64,000 nucleotides of DNA, from assembly GCA_965204715.1 (NCBI GenBank), contig OZ242009.1, forward strand, positions 244,893 through 308,892, written 5' to 3'. The position numbers were made by a program, and so were the translations under genes. Positions 35,061-45,104 of the stretch are shown here, in pieces. The notes under the pieces were generated by a model, which searched no databases, was not told the DNA's origin, and saw nothing but the letters and a program-made list of their open reading frames with translations. The number at the start of each line of letters is the position of its first letter. The stretch's first letter is position 1. This DNA comes from Dehalococcoidia bacterium. GTDB taxonomy: Bacteria > Chloroflexota > Dehalococcoidia > Lucifugimonadales > UBA3495.

Positions 35061-35440
35061 TTTCAGGGCAGGTGGGTCCAGACCTGAAAGCCCGGTTGAT
35101 CGTAGACCTTATCGCCATAGGCGGGACTAACCATCCGGTGGAATTCGAGATTGATACGGGATCTACTGGTTCGATTACATTACCCAGAGACCTCATCCGC
35201 CTGCTAGGTCTGACTCAGCAGGGTACAAGCCTCGCCACACTCGCAGACGGCCAAGTGGTGGAGTTCAACATATACATAGCCCGTGCAGCATGGCATGGAC
35301 AACCGAGCAATGTCTATGTTGTCGAGTCTGAATCAGAACCCCTCCTTGGAATGTCCATGCTGAAAGGCAGCAGGCTCACCTTGGAGGCAGAGGAAGGCGG
35401 GGAGGTCACCATCGAGGAAATGCGCCTGACGACGGAGTAG
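35057..35440 (+). CDS. retropepsin-like (clan AA) aspartic protease, paralog 2
   Basis: FEIDTGSTGSITLP (DTGS motif) and a C-terminal LLGMSMLKGSRLTL. Confidence 0.65.
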   Translation: MISGQVGPDLKARLIVDLIAIGGTNHPVEFEIDTGSTGSITLPRDLIRLLGLTQQGTSLATLADGQVVEFNIYIARAAWHGQPSNVYVVESESEPLLGMSMLKGSRLTLEAEEGGEVTIEEMRLTTE

Positions 35441-35447
35441 GTGAGAT

Positions 35448-36038
35448 ATGACCGAAATCACCCTGGATAAAAGCTCCACCGCACTGCTGATTGCAGACTT
35501 CTACGCCGACGCGATGGGGAACTTGCCCCACGCCACGGAACGGGGCGTCGTGGACAGGACCCAGGCCCTGCAGGCGGCGGCACGGGACGCCGGGATTCTC
35601 GTCTGCTACTGTGCCACTGTGTTCCGGACGGGATACCCGGAGATCAGCGACAGGAACAAGACCTTCAGCCAGCGGAAGAGTTCCGGGCAACCGGCGGTCA
35701 GCGACCCGGTGGACCTGATTCATCCCTCCGTCGCCCCCGGTCCGGGGGAGATAGTCGTGGGCAAGCACCGGGTGAACGCCCTGTTCGGCACCGACCTGGA
35801 CATGACACTGCGGGCCAATGGGATTGAGACGCTGATCATCCTGGGCTACGCCACCAGCGGGGTCGTTCTCTCCACCGTCCGCTACGCCGCCGACCTGGAC
35901 TACCGGCTTCTGGTTATCGAGGACTGCTGCGCCGACCAGGACAGCGAAGTCCACGACTTCCTGACCCAGCGCATCTTCCCCAGGCAGACCGACGTCGTGA
36001 TCTCTCAGGACGTTATCGGGGCACTGCGTCAACCGTGA
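35448..36038 (+). CDS. isochorismatase-family cysteine hydrolase
   Basis: TALLIADFYADAM...HRVNALFGTDLDMTLRANGIETLIILGYATSGVVLSTVRYAADLDY, with the catalytic Cys context IEDCC. Confidence 0.75.
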   Translation: MTEITLDKSSTALLIADFYADAMGNLPHATERGVVDRTQALQAAARDAGILVCYCATVFRTGYPEISDRNKTFSQRKSSGQPAVSDPVDLIHPSVAPGPGEIVVGKHRVNALFGTDLDMTLRANGIETLIILGYATSGVVLSTVRYAADLDYRLLVIEDCCADQDSEVHDFLTQRIFPRQTDVVISQDVIGALRQP

Positions 36039-36148
36039 CAACGCCCGTGCGAAAGTCACTCATGAGATGGGAGACCTTATCCCATCAAAGGAATTGAATC
36101 CGGGGCGGTCGCGTTTCAGTACGACTGTTTCGGCATGACCAATGAAGC

Positions 36149-37510
36149 CTATTCCTCACCCCTCTTTGACACACCCCCGTCATCCCAATCTCCCCACCAC
36201 TTCCTCATGCGGTCTGCAATCTGACGCTCCGCCCCTTCTTCGGTGGGCTGGTAATACCTTCTCCCCTTCAGGGAGGGCGGCAGGTATTCCTGGTCTACGA
36301 AATGGCCTTCATAGTCGTGGGAATACCTGTAGTCCTTGCCGTAACCCATCCGTCCCATCAGGCCAGTGACAGCGTTGCGCAGGTGCAACGGAACGGGTGG
36401 GTTGCCTTGCCGACGGACGTCATCCAGGGCCTTTTCGATGCCCAGGTAGGCCGCATTACTCTTGGGAGAAGTGGCCAGGTAGACAGTAGCCTCGGCCAGC
36501 GGGATGCGGCCCTCCGGCATACCCAGAAAGTGGACCGCCTGCTGGGCCGCTACAGCTACCGGCAGCGCCCCGGGCTGGGCCAGACCGATGTCCTCGGCGG
36601 CCAGAATCACCAGGCGGCGGGCGATGAACAGCGGGTCTTCCCCCGACTCGATCATGCGCGCCAACCAGTAGAGAGCGCCGTCGGGCGACGAACCCCGGAC
36701 CGACTTGATGAAGGCTGAGATAGTGTCGTAGTGAGCGTCACCAGCCCTGTCATACAGGGGAGAACGACGCTGGAGTGCGTCGGATATGGTCGCCAGGTCG
36801 ATAACTTTACTGCCCACGGCATCGGCGGCGAAGGCTGCGGTCTCCAGCGCGTTCAACGCCACCCGAGCGTCGCCGTTGGCGATGTTGATGAGGTGGTCGA
36901 GGGCGTCCGGGCCTATTCCCACACCCAAACGTCCCAGCCCGCGCTCGTCGTCACCTAACGCCCGCTGGATGATGGTTGCCACTTCCTCGGACTTGAGAGG
37001 TTCGAGGGCGAATACGCGGCACCGCGAAAGCAGTGGAGCATTGACCTCGAAAGACGGGTTCTCGGTGGTCGCCCCGATGAACGTCACCGTTCCGTCCTCC
37101 ACGTGGGGCAGGATGACGTCCTGCTGAGCCTTGTTGAAACGGTGTATCTCATCAACGAAGAGGATGGTCCCCTGCCGGTACATCCCCTGCCTGTCCTTGG
37201 CTTCCGAGACGATGCGGCGCAGGTCGGCTACCCCTGATGTTACGGCGCTTACGGGCTGGAAAGACGCTTCTGTGGCCTGGGACACCAACCGGGCCAGCGT
37301 TGTCTTGCCTGTGCCGGGCGGTCCCCACAGGATGAAGGACGGTACTCGTCCGGCAGCGATGGCCCGGCGCAGCACACGGCCTTCACCGATGACATGCTCC
37401 TGTCCGACAAACTCGTCGAATGACCTGGGGCGCATCCGGTCGGCCAGCGGTGCGTCCCTGGCGGCCTGCTGCTGGCGTTGGTGCTCGAAAAGAGACTCGG
37501 AAGAGGCCAT
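36149..37510 (-). CDS. rarA: replication-associated recombination protein A (AAA+ ATPase, MgsA/RarA)
   Basis: Walker A GPPGTGKTTLA and ILFVDEIHRFNKAQQD, with a MgsA C-terminal region. Confidence 0.9.
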   Translation of the reverse strand: MASSESLFEHQRQQQAARDAPLADRMRPRSFDEFVGQEHVIGEGRVLRRAIAAGRVPSFILWGPPGTGKTTLARLVSQATEASFQPVSAVTSGVADLRRIVSEAKDRQGMYRQGTILFVDEIHRFNKAQQDVILPHVEDGTVTFIGATTENPSFEVNAPLLSRCRVFALEPLKSEEVATIIQRALGDDERGLGRLGVGIGPDALDHLINIANGDARVALNALETAAFAADAVGSKVIDLATISDALQRRSPLYDRAGDAHYDTISAFIKSVRGSSPDGALYWLARMIESGEDPLFIARRLVILAAEDIGLAQPGALPVAVAAQQAVHFLGMPEGRIPLAEATVYLATSPKSNAAYLGIEKALDDVRRQGNPPVPLHLRNAVTGLMGRMGYGKDYRYSHDYEGHFVDQEYLPPSLKGRRYYQPTEEGAERQIADRMRKWWGDWDDGGVSKRGEE

Positions 37511-37580
37511 TTCAGTGTCCGGCGCTCAGTCGTCAGTGAATAGTTGGAAGTGGCTGGCGCTGGTCACCATCCACCGGCCA

Positions 37581-38594
37581 CTAACCCAGATGGGGCATCA
37601 CCTCGGCGGCGAAGAGACGCATCGAGGACTCCACCTGGGCATGGGTCAGCAGTCCTCCAGTGTTGAACCAGCAAATCAGTCCCTGGGGGTTGTACATCTT
37701 CCTGAACCGGAGCAGCTTGTCAGTCACCTGTTCCGGCGTGCCCACGGCGGCGAACTCGTCCAGCACCGTCTCGTAGTCCAGGGACTGGGCGCGAGAAGAG
37801 CCGCGGGCCGAACTGGCCATGTCCCGGAGAGTGTCCAGGTAGTTGTTGATGGTGGTCTCGAAACCCTTTCGGGCCTCGGTCTCAGATATGGACACGTTGA
37901 CGTGGACGGTGACGAAAACGTTGCGCTCGGACTCGTCGTGACCAGCCTCAGCCAACTCCTGCCGGTAGGATGCAAGCCCGTCTATTGCCCCCTGGGTGGA
38001 GACGATGGTCGGGGCCACCAGGATGTTGTGCCCCAGGTTCCCGACTATGCCGAATGTGTCAGCGCTGTTGGAGGCAATGAACACTGGCGGGTGTGGTTCC
38101 TGCAACGGCTTCGGCGCGATGGTCAGGTCTTCGGCCCGGTAGAACTTCCCCTGATAGGAGAACTTGTCCTTGGCCCACATACCCAGCACCATCTCCAACC
38201 CTTCCAGAAACCGGTCACGGGCCTCCTCCCGGTCAATACCATAGCCTTCAAAGTGGGTGGGGATGGAACCCCGGCCAATGCCGAAAATGGACCGGCCTCC
38301 AGACATTACGTCCAAGGTGGCAGCTTCTTCCGCCAGACGGATGGGGTGATGGAGAGGCATAAGGTGGACCGCCGTGCCAATCCTGATCCTGCTGGTAGTC
38401 TGGGCGATAGCGGAAGCAACCATCAGCGGCGCGGGCATGACAGAGAAGCGAGGGTTGAAGTGCAGTTCGGCCAGCCACGCGGAGTCGAAACCCAGCTCGT
38501 CGGCCAACTGGCATTGGGCGATGGTGTCCTGGTAACGCGCCGCGGGCGACTGGTGGGTCGCGCACGGCATCTGGTAGAACACACCAAATTTCAT
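37581..38594 (-). CDS. LLM-class (luciferase-like) flavin-dependent oxidoreductase
   Basis: ATG 38594. MKFGVFYQMP...ADELGFDSAWLAELHFNPRFSVMPAPLMVASAIAQTTSRIRIGTAV. Confidence 0.8.
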   Translation of the reverse strand: MKFGVFYQMPCATHQSPAARYQDTIAQCQLADELGFDSAWLAELHFNPRFSVMPAPLMVASAIAQTTSRIRIGTAVHLMPLHHPIRLAEEAATLDVMSGGRSIFGIGRGSIPTHFEGYGIDREEARDRFLEGLEMVLGMWAKDKFSYQGKFYRAEDLTIAPKPLQEPHPPVFIASNSADTFGIVGNLGHNILVAPTIVSTQGAIDGLASYRQELAEAGHDESERNVFVTVHVNVSISETEARKGFETTINNYLDTLRDMASSARGSSRAQSLDYETVLDEFAAVGTPEQVTDKLLRFRKMYNPQGLICWFNTGGLLTHAQVESSMRLFAAEVMPHLG

Positions 38595-38664
38595 CCGAGT
38601 CTCCTGGGAATAATGTGCCGGAGAACCAGCAGGCATGGGAACGGGGGATTGACTGCTCTTGAAA

Positions 38665-40227
38665 CTACAAGGGGATGTTCCCGTGCTTCTTGGCGGGAAG
38701 GCTGTCGCGCTTGTTCTGGAGCATTTCCAGGGCGCGAATCAGCCGCGGCCGCGTTTCCGCCGGGTCGATCACGTCGTCAATGTACCCCCGGTTGGCCGCC
38801 ACGTAGGGGTTGGTGAACTTCTCCTGGTAATCGTCGATAAGCTCCTGCCGGGTACTGGACGGGTCTTCGGCAGCGGCGATCTGCTCCCTGTAGATTATGT
38901 TAATGGCGCCGTCAGCACCCATCACCGCTATTTCGGCAGAAGGCCATACCAGGTTGATGTCGGAACGCAGGTGCTTGCTGCTCATCACGATGTACGCGCC
39001 GCCATAGGCCTTTCGGGTTATGACGCAGACCTTCGGGACCGTGGCCTCAGCATAAGCGTAGATGAGCTTGGCCCCGTGGCGTATGATCCCGCCGTATTCC
39101 TGCTCCACTCCGGGCATGAAACCGGGAACGTCCACCAACGTAATCAGGGGAATGTTGAAGCAGTCGCAGAACCGGACAAACCTGGCCGCCTTGGCCGAAG
39201 CGTCGATGTCCAGCACTCCCGCCAGGTGAATGGGCTGGTTGCCCACGATACCCACGGGACGGCCCGCTATCCGCCCGAACCCGACCACAACATTGGGGGC
39301 AAAGTTCTGATGGACTTCCATGAAATCGTCGTCAACAATGCGGTCGATGATGTCCCGCATGTCGTAGGGCCGGTTCGCATCGTCGGGTATTATGTATCTC
39401 AACCCCGGGTCGGAGGCGGTTGCAGACTTCAGGTTAGGTCCCATCGGCGGATCTTCAAGGTTGTTGCCGGGTAGAAAACCCAGCAGCCGACGCACCTCGG
39501 CCAGACACTCCTCTTCAGTGCCGTACACGAACTGGGCAACGCCGCTGCGGGTAGCATGGGAGGCCGCTCCTCCCAACTCCTCATGGGTCACGTCTTCCCC
39601 GGTAACCGCCTTGATGACGTCGGGGCCGGTGATGTACATCTGCCCCGTGCCCTGGACCATGAATATGAAGTCCGTTATGGCCGGGGAATATACCGCGCCT
39701 CCCGCAGCCGGGCCTACAATCACGGAGATTTGCGGCACTACCCCGGAGAACAGCGTGTTGCGCAGGAAGATGTCCCCGTATCCGGCGAGGCTGTTGACTC
39801 CTTCCTGAATCCGCGCCCCCCCGGAGTCGTTCAGGCCGATGAAGGGGCACCCAGTCTTGGCAGCCAAGTCCATGGCCTTGCATATCTTCTGGCTGACGAC
39901 CTCTGACAGGGACCCGCCGAACACGGTGAAGTCCTGTGCCGAGACGAAGACCTGCCGCCCTTCCACGCGCCCGAAGCCGGTGACTACCGCGTCGCCGAGG
40001 AACTTCTGGTCGGCCAGCCCGAAGTCCGTGGTGCGGTGGGTGACAAAGGTGTCCAGTTCCTCGAAGGTCCCGGGGTCTAAGAGCGCCATGATGCGCTCTC
40101 TGGCAGTCATCTTGCCCCTGGAGTGCTGCTGGTCGATGCGACGCTGTCCACCGCCCTTGTGCGCCTCCTGGCGCATCTCATCCAGCGTGGTCAACTTCTG
40201 GTCGATCAGGCGGTCTTCCGTTGCCAC
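38665..40227 (-). CDS. acyl-CoA carboxylase carboxyltransferase (beta) subunit, propionyl-CoA carboxylase beta-like
   Basis: [21 protein letters not shown]...[24 protein letters not shown], with full-length carboxyltransferase collinearity. Confidence 0.85.
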   Translation of the reverse strand: MATEDRLIDQKLTTLDEMRQEAHKGGGQRRIDQQHSRGKMTARERIMALLDPGTFEELDTFVTHRTTDFGLADQKFLGDAVVTGFGRVEGRQVFVSAQDFTVFGGSLSEVVSQKICKAMDLAAKTGCPFIGLNDSGGARIQEGVNSLAGYGDIFLRNTLFSGVVPQISVIVGPAAGGAVYSPAITDFIFMVQGTGQMYITGPDVIKAVTGEDVTHEELGGAASHATRSGVAQFVYGTEEECLAEVRRLLGFLPGNNLEDPPMGPNLKSATASDPGLRYIIPDDANRPYDMRDIIDRIVDDDFMEVHQNFAPNVVVGFGRIAGRPVGIVGNQPIHLAGVLDIDASAKAARFVRFCDCFNIPLITLVDVPGFMPGVEQEYGGIIRHGAKLIYAYAEATVPKVCVITRKAYGGAYIVMSSKHLRSDINLVWPSAEIAVMGADGAINIIYREQIAAAEDPSSTRQELIDDYQEKFTNPYVAANRGYIDDVIDPAETRPRLIRALEMLQNKRDSLPAKKHGNIPL

Positions 40228-40351
40228 GGGCCCTCCGCTCCGTAATGTGGATCCTCCACGGGATCGCCACCCATAGGCTGGTAGAGGACCCGTCCCTCAA
40301 GAGATGGTCTCAGCCGAAGATGGCAACATCCTAGCAGACGGGTATATGCGG

Positions 40352-40380
40352 TGCAAGAAACGCCTGTCCGGTGCTAGAAT
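40352..40380 (+). promoter_or_regulatory. extended -10 promoter candidate (TGCAAG-N17-TAGAAT with TGc)
   Basis: GTGCTAGAAT at 40371-40380, about 55 nt upstream of ATG 40435. Confidence 0.4.
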
Positions 40381-40434
40381 CAGATAAGTAAGCCCCCAGC
40401 CCATCGTTGTCAATCCCCATTAAGGTGGAAACTA

Positions 40435-40818
40435 ATGGCGGAGAACAACCAGCCAGCCACCATCTTCTAGGATGCGCAAGTCCTCTACGCGGACGCACTG
40501 GAAGAACCGGAGCGCAGCAAGCTGAGGAACTCAGCGGAGAAGGCACGGGGCGCCACCAGGCGCGCTACCGATGTCCTCATACTGGCCCAGACTGGCAAGT
40601 TGACCGAATTTACATCCAATACATCCCAGGAACCGGTCCGGTTGGCCAACCAGCTGGATGGTGGCGAGAGTCTGGTCAGCCGCTATTACGTTCGGACCGG
40701 ACGTCTGCAAGGAGATTGCTTCTACAAGGGTCTGTGTGACCCTATAGAAGACACAGAACGACGCATAAGAGAAACCATTGACTATATCCAGGACGCCGAA
40801 AGGCTGGCGTCCCCCTGA
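40435..40818 (+). pseudogene. PaREP1-like gene interrupted by an in-frame TAG at codon 12
   Basis: AAGGTGG SD, then ATG 40435: MAENNQPATIF-TAG(40468)-DAQVLYADALEEPERSKLRNSAEKARGATRRATDVLILAQTGK... This runs in frame into track ORF 40600..40818. Confidence 0.5.
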
Positions 40819-40830
40819 CCGGAACCTGAT

Positions 40831-41712
40831 TTGCCATCTCCCAAGAAAACACTTAAGGAGTTGACCGTATCCGGCGGGGAACCGTTAATCTGGGGACAAC
40901 GCACCTACGTCATGGGGATCGTCAATGTCACCCCCGATTCCTTCTCCGGTGACGGCCTGGCCACTGACATTCCCAGAACTGTCGATCAGGCTCTGCGGAT
41001 GGAAGACGAGGGGGTGGATATCCTCGACGTGGGCGCGGAGTCCACCCGCCCCGGCTCAACTCCTGTCGCGGCGGACGAAGAAGCGCGCCGCCTAGTCCCG
41101 GCACTGGACGCAATCGCCCATCGGGTGCGGGTGCCCATCAGCGCCGACACCTACAAGCCCGAGGTTGCCAGGCAGGCGTTGGAGGCAGGGGCGACGATCA
41201 TCAACGACCAGTGGGGGCTGCTGGCCGACCCGGGTATGGCGACGCTGGCCGCCGAGTCCAATGCGCCCGTCATTCTTATGCACAACCAGTGTGGTAGCAT
41301 ATACCACGACCTTTTATCCGACATACGCACATCATTGTCCCGCAGTGTCGGTATTGCCCTGGACGCCGGTGTCTCGCCGGAGAACATCGTCCTCGACCCT
41401 GGAATCGGGTTTGGCAAGACAGCAGACCATAACCTGGAGGTCCTCAGGCGGCTGGGTGAGATCAGAGACCTGGGTTACCCGCTGCTGGTCGGCGCTTCCC
41501 GTAAGTCCACTATCGGGCGGGTCCTGGACCTTCCGGTGGGTCAGCGGGTGGAAGGAACGGCGGCGGCGGTGAGCCAGTCCATCAGCGGCGGAGCGGACAT
41601 AGTGCGCGTCCACGACGTGCAGCACATGGTCCGAGTCAGCCGCATGACCGACGCCATCGTGCGGGGGTGGAGGCCAACAGGTTGGCGGAATCGGAGCGGG
41701 GGCGGGATATAA
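40831..41712 (+). CDS. folP: dihydropteroate synthase
   Basis: YVMGIVNVTPDSFSGDG, DILDVGAESTRPG and RVHDV. The exact start is uncertain (TTG 40831). Confidence 0.85.
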   Translation: MPSPKKTLKELTVSGGEPLIWGQRTYVMGIVNVTPDSFSGDGLATDIPRTVDQALRMEDEGVDILDVGAESTRPGSTPVAADEEARRLVPALDAIAHRVRVPISADTYKPEVARQALEAGATIINDQWGLLADPGMATLAAESNAPVILMHNQCGSIYHDLLSDIRTSLSRSVGIALDAGVSPENIVLDPGIGFGKTADHNLEVLRRLGEIRDLGYPLLVGASRKSTIGRVLDLPVGQRVEGTAAAVSQSISGGADIVRVHDVQHMVRVSRMTDAIVRGWRPTGWRNRSGGGI

Positions 41713-41714
41713 AC

Positions 41715-42260
41715 GTGGCATCAGTAACCGCCTACCTGGGCCTGGGGTCAAACCTAGGAGACCGCTTCAACAATCTTCGCATGGCCTACAGGTTGCTCCG
41801 CCTCCCCCAATCGCCATTCCCGCGAAAGTGGGAATCCACTCCCAACGGCGTCCTGACTCACTTGAGATCATCCCCGGTATATGAGACCGCTCCCTGGGGA
41901 ATCACCGAACAACCCGATTTCCTCAACTGCGTCCTAGAAGTCCAGACCTCCCTGTCTCCGCAGGACCTCCTTTGCTGGGTGAAGCGGGTGGAAGCCAACA
42001 TGGGCAGACAGGAAGGTCCCAGATTCGGTCCCAGGAACATCGATGTGGACGTCCTCGTATACGGAGACACAACCGTCGAAGAGCCGGACCTGCGAGTCCC
42101 CCATCCCCGAATGCACGAACGGGCCTTCGTGCTGATTCCCCTAGCGGGTCTGGCGCCCCAGTTGCGTCACCCAACCCTCGGAACGACCATCGGGGACCTT
42201 GTGGTCGCAGCCCCGGAACCGGAGGGAGTGCGGAGATGGGGGCCGCCGCTGTCGGCTTAG
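41715..42260 (+). CDS. folK: 2-amino-4-hydroxy-6-hydroxymethyldihydropteridine diphosphokinase
   Basis: GTG 41715 lies directly after the folP stop. AYLGLGSNLGD, SSPVYETAPWG, RFGPRNIDVDVLVYG and VPHPRMHERAFVL. Confidence 0.85.
   Translation: MASVTAYLGLGSNLGDRFNNLRMAYRLLRLPQSPFPRKWESTPNGVLTHLRSSPVYETAPWGITEQPDFLNCVLEVQTSLSPQDLLCWVKRVEANMGRQEGPRFGPRNIDVDVLVYGDTTVEEPDLRVPHPRMHERAFVLIPLAGLAPQLRHPTLGTTIGDLVVAAPEPEGVRRWGPPLSA
41816..41835. repeat. palindromic element copy 3 (ATTCCCGC-GAAA-GTGGGAAT), in frame inside folK
   Basis: One stem mismatch. It is translated as ..SPFPRKWES.. within a loop that is ~12 aa longer than in E. coli FolK (comparison from memory). Confidence 0.7.
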
Positions 42261-42385
42261 TAAGCCCACGGGCAACCGGATCAGTATGGAAATCTACACC
42301 ACCATCAGTCCACGACAATGGCGGGACTTGTTCGTAATGGGATACTGTGTATCGTAATGGGATACCGTGTATAGGAGGTTGGAAG

Positions 42386-43102
42386 ATGATAAAGCCTCTG
42401 GCGATTGCGGTGGTTCTTCTGCTGGTGGTTGCTTGCGGCAGCGCGGCTACGCCCACACCGGAGCCAACGGCGATGGCCATACCAACGCCCACATCTGGAC
42501 CGGAGCCGACGGCGACGGCCGAGCCTGCTCCTTCACCCACGCCCACAATGAAACCGACGGCGACGAAACCAACGGCGACCTCGACTCCTGTTGCCACTCC
42601 TGCGCCGCCGACGGAACATGCTGAGCGGCTCCCAAGCAAATTCGACTCTCGCCTCGACGCTATCCGGGAAAAGATGGAGTCAGTCGAGCCGGTATGGACG
42701 GTCTATTTTCATAGCGAGGACTGGCAGACCCCTGGGAAAAACACCCTGATGAACGACTTGTTCGAACTGCTGAAGCTGGAAAACATCGCCACCCACGAGG
42801 GATACCAGCGAATCAGCCCGGAAATGATCACTGACCGGGAACCTGACATCATCATCGCGGACTCGATAGAAAGCGTCGTGGAAAACCCCGATTTGTCCGG
42901 CCTGCATATGGTGCAGGACGCGGCACATATCCCGGACCACATCTTCGTACTGAGCGAGGGATACTCTTTCGGCATGGACAATCATCATTTCATGGACGCC
43001 GTGGAGGAATTTGCCGCTTTTGTCTACCCAGAGGTTTTCGCTCAGGAAGAAAAGGCGGATGGGGGGCATGGCCATGAAAAAGGAGGGAAACACTCGCATT
43101 AG
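42386..43102 (+). CDS. lipoprotein with Pro/Thr-rich linker and periplasmic-binding-protein-like C-terminal region, His-rich tail
   Basis: AGGAGG precedes ATG 42386. Signal peptide and lipobox MIKPLAIAVVLLLVVACGS. PT-rich ~70 aa. Tail GGHGHEKGGKHSH. Confidence 0.6.
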   Translation: MIKPLAIAVVLLLVVACGSAATPTPEPTAMAIPTPTSGPEPTATAEPAPSPTPTMKPTATKPTATSTPVATPAPPTEHAERLPSKFDSRLDAIREKMESVEPVWTVYFHSEDWQTPGKNTLMNDLFELLKLENIATHEGYQRISPEMITDREPDIIIADSIESVVENPDLSGLHMVQDAAHIPDHIFVLSEGYSFGMDNHHFMDAVEEFAAFVYPEVFAQEEKADGGHGHEKGGKHSH

Positions 43103-43223
43103 AGGGCAGGGCAGCGCATGGACGGACCGTCAGATATCCGCACGCTCCAATAGTTAGCGTCAAAACAGGCGGAATTCCCACTGCCATTTGAGGGCAGTTG
43201 TGATGCGGAACAGCGATTTCCAG

Positions 43224-43252
43224 TTGACAATCCAACGCCTCTATCGCATATT
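43224..43252 (+). promoter_or_regulatory. promoter candidate for groL (TTGACA-N17-CATATT)
   Basis: Sits about 100 nt upstream of ATG 43353. No CIRCE-like inverted repeat was seen. Confidence 0.35.
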
Positions 43253-43352
43253 TGTAAGCGTGTAAAATTCATGTCCGCACCTGCATGGGACCGATTCCCG
43301 GTCGGCCCGGACAGGTCCCGCTGGCAAGCGGACGGTCTATCGAGGAGATAGC

Positions 43353-44978
43353 ATGGCAGATAAACAGCTAACTTTCGATGAGGACGCACGTAACAGCCTG
43401 ATGCGCGGGGTGGACGAACTGGCCCGTGTAGTCGGTTTGACCCTTGGGCCCAGCGGACGCAACGTCTTGTTGAGCCGCATGTTCGGCTTGCCGGTAGTGT
43501 GCAGTGACGGCGTTACCATAGCCAAAGAGGTGGAGTTGCCCGACGCCTACGAGAACATGGGCGCACAGTTGGTCAAGGAGGCGGCCTCCAAGACCAACGA
43601 CGTGGTGGGCGACGGCACCACTACGTCAGTGGTGCTGGCCCGGGCGATGGTGCGCACCGGCTTTATGAACGTGGCCGCGGGCGCCAGCGGCATGGCGATC
43701 AAAGAGGGAATCGACAGAGCCGTAGACGCGGTCGTAGAGGAACTGAAGAGCCTGGCCGTGCCGGTGGAGGACAAAGAGCAGATCGCAAGGGTTGCGGCCC
43801 TGTCCGCCCACGAGGAGACCATCGCCGCGCTGCTGGCCGACGCGATGGACAAGGTCGGGCGCGACGGCGTGATCACCGTGGAAGAATCCAAGGCCCTGGC
43901 CGACGAGTTGGAGTTTGTCGAAGGCGTGAGGGTTGACCGGGGTTACCTGTCGCCCCACTTCGTTACCGACACGGAGCGGATGGAGGCGTCCCTGGAAGAA
44001 CCTCTCATTCTCCTGACCGACCAGAAGATCAGCGCACCCAACGACGTTGTACCCATCATGGAGAAGGTAATCCAGGGAGGACGCCGCCCGCTGGTGATCA
44101 TTGCCGAGGACGTGGAAGGGGAGGCTCTGGCCACTCTGGTGGTGAACAAGATGCGGGGCACCCTCGACTGTGTGGCCATCAAGGCCCCGGGTTTCGGTGA
44201 GCGGCGGAAGGCCCTTCTGCAGGACATCGGAATCCTCACTGGAGCAACCGTCATAAGCTCTGATGTGGGTTTGAAGCCCGAGACGGCGGAATTGGAGCAG
44301 CTCGGTTCTGCCCGCAGAGTGGTTGTGGCCAAGGACGACAGCACCATCGTCGAGGGCCGGGGTTCGACACAGGACATCCGGGAGCGGGCCGAGCAACTGC
44401 GGGTGCAGGTCGAAGAGACCACCTCCGATTACGACCGGGAGAAACTGCAAGAGCGCATGGCCTCCCTGGTCGGCGGCGTCGCCGTCGTCAAGGTCGGCGG
44501 GGTCACCGAGCCGGAGGTCAACGAGCGCAAGTCCCGCACCGAGGACGCGCTTTCAGCCACGCGGGCCGCGGTGGAGGAAGGCATAGTTCCCGGCGGCGGC
44601 GTGGCCATGATCAGATCTGAACATGTGCTGGCGGATCTGGAAGCCAGCATGGCGGGAGATGAAGCCCTGGGCGTCCGCCTGGTGCGCAACGCTCTGAGCG
44701 CGCCCCTGGTACTGATCGCCAACAACGCCGGTTATTCCGGTGAGGTCATCGTGGACGGCGTCCGCAAGGGAGAGGGCGACTGGGGGTTCGACGCGGAGAA
44801 AGGCGAATTCTGCCACCTCATCCAGCAGGGTATCGTCGATCCGGTCAAGGTCACCCGCTCCGCCCTGGAAAATGCCGGCAGCATCGCCGGCATGATGCTG
44901 ACCACCAGGGCCGTAATCACCGAGATACCCAAGGAAGAGCCGCTGCCTGCCGACGTTCAGGACTTCATGCACGATTAG
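43353..44978 (+). CDS. groL: chaperonin GroEL (Cpn60)
   Basis: [40 protein letters not shown]...[13 protein letters not shown].. with full-length collinearity. No groES is adjacent. Confidence 0.92.
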   Translation: MADKQLTFDEDARNSLMRGVDELARVVGLTLGPSGRNVLLSRMFGLPVVCSDGVTIAKEVELPDAYENMGAQLVKEAASKTNDVVGDGTTTSVVLARAMVRTGFMNVAAGASGMAIKEGIDRAVDAVVEELKSLAVPVEDKEQIARVAALSAHEETIAALLADAMDKVGRDGVITVEESKALADELEFVEGVRVDRGYLSPHFVTDTERMEASLEEPLILLTDQKISAPNDVVPIMEKVIQGGRRPLVIIAEDVEGEALATLVVNKMRGTLDCVAIKAPGFGERRKALLQDIGILTGATVISSDVGLKPETAELEQLGSARRVVVAKDDSTIVEGRGSTQDIRERAEQLRVQVEETTSDYDREKLQERMASLVGGVAVVKVGGVTEPEVNERKSRTEDALSATRAAVEEGIVPGGGVAMIRSEHVLADLEASMAGDEALGVRLVRNALSAPLVLIANNAGYSGEVIVDGVRKGEGDWGFDAEKGEFCHLIQQGIVDPVKVTRSALENAGSIAGMMLTTRAVITEIPKEEPLPADVQDFMHD

Positions 44979-44989
44979 GGGCACAGTGG

Positions 44990-45014
44990 CTCGCCGGTAG
45001 TCAGTACCGGCGAG
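44990..45014 (+). terminator. perfect 10-bp hairpin after groL (ctcgccggta-gtcag-taccggcgag), no U-tract
   Basis: Lies 12 nt after the groL stop. The missing T-run makes intrinsic-terminator function uncertain. Confidence 0.35.
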
Positions 45015-45038
45015 AGCGGCGGGAATCAAATCGGATCC

Positions 45039-45090
45039 AGACCGGCCCGGGAACACCGTCTACGTATGACGCTGGCGCCCGGGCCGGTCT
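45039..45090 (+). other. perfect 13-bp GC-rich inverted repeat (agaccggcccggg-N26-cccgggccggtct)
   Basis: Arms at 45039-45051 and 45078-45090. It is followed by ctcttt and ends 4 nt before the SD of the next gene. Confidence 0.5.
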
Positions 45091-45104
45091 CTTTGGAAGG
45101 AGCT

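Noticed and set aside
43103-43352. Search for a CIRCE (TTAGCACTC-N9-GAGTGCTAA) heat-shock operator and for groES upstream of groL.
   Set aside because: Neither is present. Only a generic promoter-like TTGACA-N17-CATATT was found. An orphan groL copy is common and not remarkable on its own.
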